Source: Nitrosopumilus sp.
GTDB lineage: Archaea > Thermoproteota > Nitrososphaeria > Nitrososphaerales > Nitrosopumilaceae
Direction: 5' to 3'
Length of the DNA stretch: 64,000 nt
NCBI GenBank assembly: GCA_965223425.1
Contig: OZ245003.1
Span: 1,664,001 to 1,728,000, forward strand
Each line of letters opens with the position of its first letter. Within the stretch, counting starts at the first letter, position 1. Positions 61,094 to 64,000 of this stretch are shown here, one piece after another. A program made the translations under genes and the position numbers. Below the pieces are notes generated by a model, which was not told where the DNA came from, searched no databases, and saw only the letters and a program-made list of their open reading frames with translations.

Positions 61094-63406
61094 ATGAGTA
61101 AAAAGAACAAAGTAATGGAACTGGAAAGAAGACTTTGGGAGATACACCAGAAAATTGAAGACCTCAACAAATTCAAGGACCGGCTTGAAGAGGAGATTGC
61201 AAAAGAGTTCTTTTCGGAATATACAGTAGAGAAGATACGACTGGACTGGAACAACGGGGGTTTTGATGAGCGTCTCACAATGATGGAAAAATGTCCGAGA
61301 TTTGAGAGAGCAATCAGGAACGTTGCGTATTCAGCAGGTCTAGAGTACGACGAATTGCGCAAAAAAATACTCGAGAATGAATGGATTCAGAACAGAAGCA
61401 TGGACATGGATGAAATATTCAGCCCATATTGCAGCCCAAAAAAATGACGGGTTGATAATCTGATGAAGAACAAATACGTGCGCGCACTGACGTGCGACAC
61501 AAACCAGTCAACAAAGGAGGTTGAGAACTAATGTCAGAAAAAGTACAGCAGGAAAAATGTCCCATAAAGGAGAAGCTACTGGATAAAATAGCATTTGGTC
61601 CAAACACGGAATATGCAGATGAATGGTATGAGCTAAGTGACGCAACACAGGAAAAAATTGCAGAATCAGACGAGGCCATAAAGCCGTACATCACGAATCA
61701 GAAGGAAATCGACGCTCATGAAAAGGACATGCAGGAAAAGCTGTCAGCACACCTGAGAATGTGTCAGAATGAAACCTGCAAAAAATCACTCAGGGCGAGA
61801 ACGGAGGGGGGGATTCAGTAACATGTCTCACTTTCTGAGAAATATACTTGATGCAATCTGGAACATCAGGGGAAAGGTGGAAAACGATAATCCACACAAG
61901 AACACCAGAGAAAGTAAGATGAGTGCAAGACATATCATTTATGAAATACCTGATGATGTTCTAGATGATATAATAAAAAACGGCAATCATAGGCCGTTAG
62001 ATGAGAATGCAAAGGAAAAACTGGTAGAGAATTTGCGAGAGAATGCATACTTGGGCGAATGTTTCAGAGAAGAACTTGAGAGTGCAATAGACTCGGAACT
62101 TTTTATATGTGAGATGGACCATGAGTAGGGTACAACAGCCGGGATTTTCCTGCCTTGAAAACAGAATCAGCAAAGGAGGTTGATAACATGGAAAAAGAAG
62201 CAATAGAAACAAGAATACACGAAGACAAAACAACGGCAGAATATTATGCAGAAATGCCGGAACTGCATCCTCACATGTGTAGTTGCGTGGAGTGCGACTG
62301 ATGAAATCAGAATCGGCACAACATGATAACTTTGTTGAAGGTGAAGATTGGAAAAATCCAAAAGGCGAGATTTGCCCTTCTTGCAAAACAAACAGGATGT
62401 ATACTGTAGAGTGCAGAAACAGTCTGTCCAGAAGGGACAACTCGACTTACATCTGTACTGACTGTGGTGACAAAGAAGCACTTGAAGATTTGGCACAAAC
62501 AGCACAGCACCCCGAGGTCGAAATCTAATGGGATGGTGGAATCTAAAACCAAGAGAACAATTAGATCCCTATCACTGTTTACAACTTGGAGTAAAAGACG
62601 ATCTTGGTGAGGTGTATTGTGACATTGGAGACATTGTCGAGTTTGATGTCCAGGACGGTTATGAAATCTCAGAAGCGGATTCCGAACATGTCTCTGGATT
62701 AGTTCGACGGGGATTCACTTCAGGAGAAATCAACGATTGGGATTGGAAATCCGAGCAAGAGTTGGAGGTCACAAACCAATGAAGAACGCATATACTCTTC
62801 GAGATAGAGACGACCAAGAATTATATGGTGTATTCAAGTCAGATTTGGATTTTGATGCCATACAAAAGATAATAGGCAAAACAGATGATGAATTTGCAAA
62901 AGAGGGGAACACTCTTTCCAAATCAGGTATCTTTTTTGACTTTCTTGGAGAAGAAGATCAAAACTATGAACAAATCAACTTTGAAGTGGTGTATATCTGA
63001 TGGAACTTGTAGAGGAACCAACACTTGAACAAGTGACAAAAAACAGATCAACAGAGGAGGCTGATTATTCTTGAAGACTAAAATAAGAATACTCACATCA
63101 AACGGACCCGGTGCTTTTGAGGGCGATATCAACAACTTCTTAGATAGGAAGGGAATTGACGCGATTCAGTCGATAGACTATTTCAGAACACCCCACTCTG
63201 CGTTTGCAGTGGCGATCAGATATTGGGAGCCGGCGATTGGAAAAAAGAGGACGGCACGATCAGGCGGAATGACAGATTCGGAACCTGGTGGAAAAAAATG
63301 CACAAACTGCAACGGCAGGGGATTCAACATGGAAGATACCGGCAGCAGAACATATGATGAGATCCCATGTAGTGACTGTGACGGAACAGGCAAGGAACCC
63401 CTGTGA
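61094..63406 (+). CDS. Run of small hypothetical ORFs (61094..61447, 61531..61821, ~61823..62128, 62283..62528, 62528..62782, ~62779..63000, 63071..63406)
   Basis: Co-oriented, several after the RBS element; the last has DnaJ-type CxxCxGxG pairs. Confidence 0.45.
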
Positions 63407-63449
63407 GGCCCGCCAAAAGTACGGCAATACAAACATTCCATAAAATGGC

Positions 63450-63824
63450 ATGCAAGATACAATCAGGGACAACACGTTTCTGTTTGCGATAGTTGCATTG
63501 GGATTCGTAATTCTCGGCTTTGGTCACTTCCCCCCGCACTCTGAGATGCCAATCGCGCTGGGAGCTGCCTTTATTATTGCCGGTGGCGCAGGGATCTACA
63601 TGATGCTTGCGACAAGGCAGGTGGCAAAAAAGCTACATGAGAGGTTCAACGAGCTGAACGATACCATAAAACAGAACCATTCGGAGACAACTGAAATTCT
63701 CAAGGAAATGGCATCGTCGCAAAAGCAGAACCATTTGGAAACAACAAAAATTCTTAGGGAGGGCCATTCAGAGATGATGGGCGTCCTAAACAGCATAAAC
63801 GACACGCTGGAGAAAAAGCTATAA
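63450..63824 (+). CDS. Two-TM membrane protein with coiled-coil tail
   Basis: TM pair; KQNH.ETT.IL repeats. Confidence 0.6.
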   Translation: MQDTIRDNTFLFAIVALGFVILGFGHFPPHSEMPIALGAAFIIAGGAGIYMMLATRQVAKKLHERFNELNDTIKQNHSETTEILKEMASSQKQNHLETTKILREGHSEMMGVLNSINDTLEKKL

Positions 63825-64000
63825 CAAGATATAATGCGCATCGGTATTATTTGGTGCGCAACATGCAGCTTGGAAAAATTTCCAAGACCGCAGAAGACAA
63901 ATCAACAAAGGAGGTTGATAAAATGAGAAAACCAGAAACAATCAAAAGATACGGTGAAACCGGATCACGGAAAATCAACTCACAACAAAAACCCGCATTT

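Larger units (their letters stand above)
38918..63919 (+). promoter_or_regulatory. Dispersed palindromic RBS element ATCAAC-AAAGGAG-GTTGAT (~16 copies)
   Basis: Starts at 38918, 39776, 41226, 44122, 50672, 51479, 52671, 53058, 54512, 55675, 57375, 59747, 61507, 62166, 63047 and 63901; usually 3-5 nt before a start codon. Confidence 0.9.

Noticed and set aside
143-63841. Most minus-strand and nested ORFs in the six-frame track
   Set aside because: Antisense shadows of longer + strand genes, with no motifs.

Overview
Archaeal mobile-element DNA, most likely part of a large conjugative/integrative element or plasmid. Archaeal markers are TBP, PCNA and C/D-box sRNAs; a Nitrososphaeria-like host is plausible but not provable here. 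Almost all genes are on the + strand. 1-18.2 kb: pilus/T4SS-like transfer module (TadC/FlaJ-like membrane platform, three pilin-like genes, two large surface proteins, VirB4-like and VirD4-like ATPases) plus a TBP homologue. 18.5-29 kb: cargo, including an orphan 7-repeat type I-G-like CRISPR array, PH/SHOCT, GNAT and M10-protease genes, an MmeI-like RM enzyme, an internally deleted I-G Cas3 and a ParM-like actin. 29.4-38.7 kb is the most striking part, an RNA-rich island. It holds C/D-box guide sRNAs and four type I hammerhead ribozymes, each predicted to cleave exactly 1 nt before an ATG. It also holds long-variable-arm (Ser-type) tRNAs carrying an Ile (GAU) anticodon, and 11 copies of an unassigned covarying pseudoknot-like element that bounds duplicated gene cassettes. 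38.9-64 kb: leading-region-like array of small genes (ArdC-like, DUF2958-like, PCNA, tandem GHKL ATPases, RelE TA), organised by about 16 copies of a palindromic ATCAAC-AAAGGAG-GTTGAT element at gene starts. All protein and RNA calls are from motif reading by eye; no searches were run.
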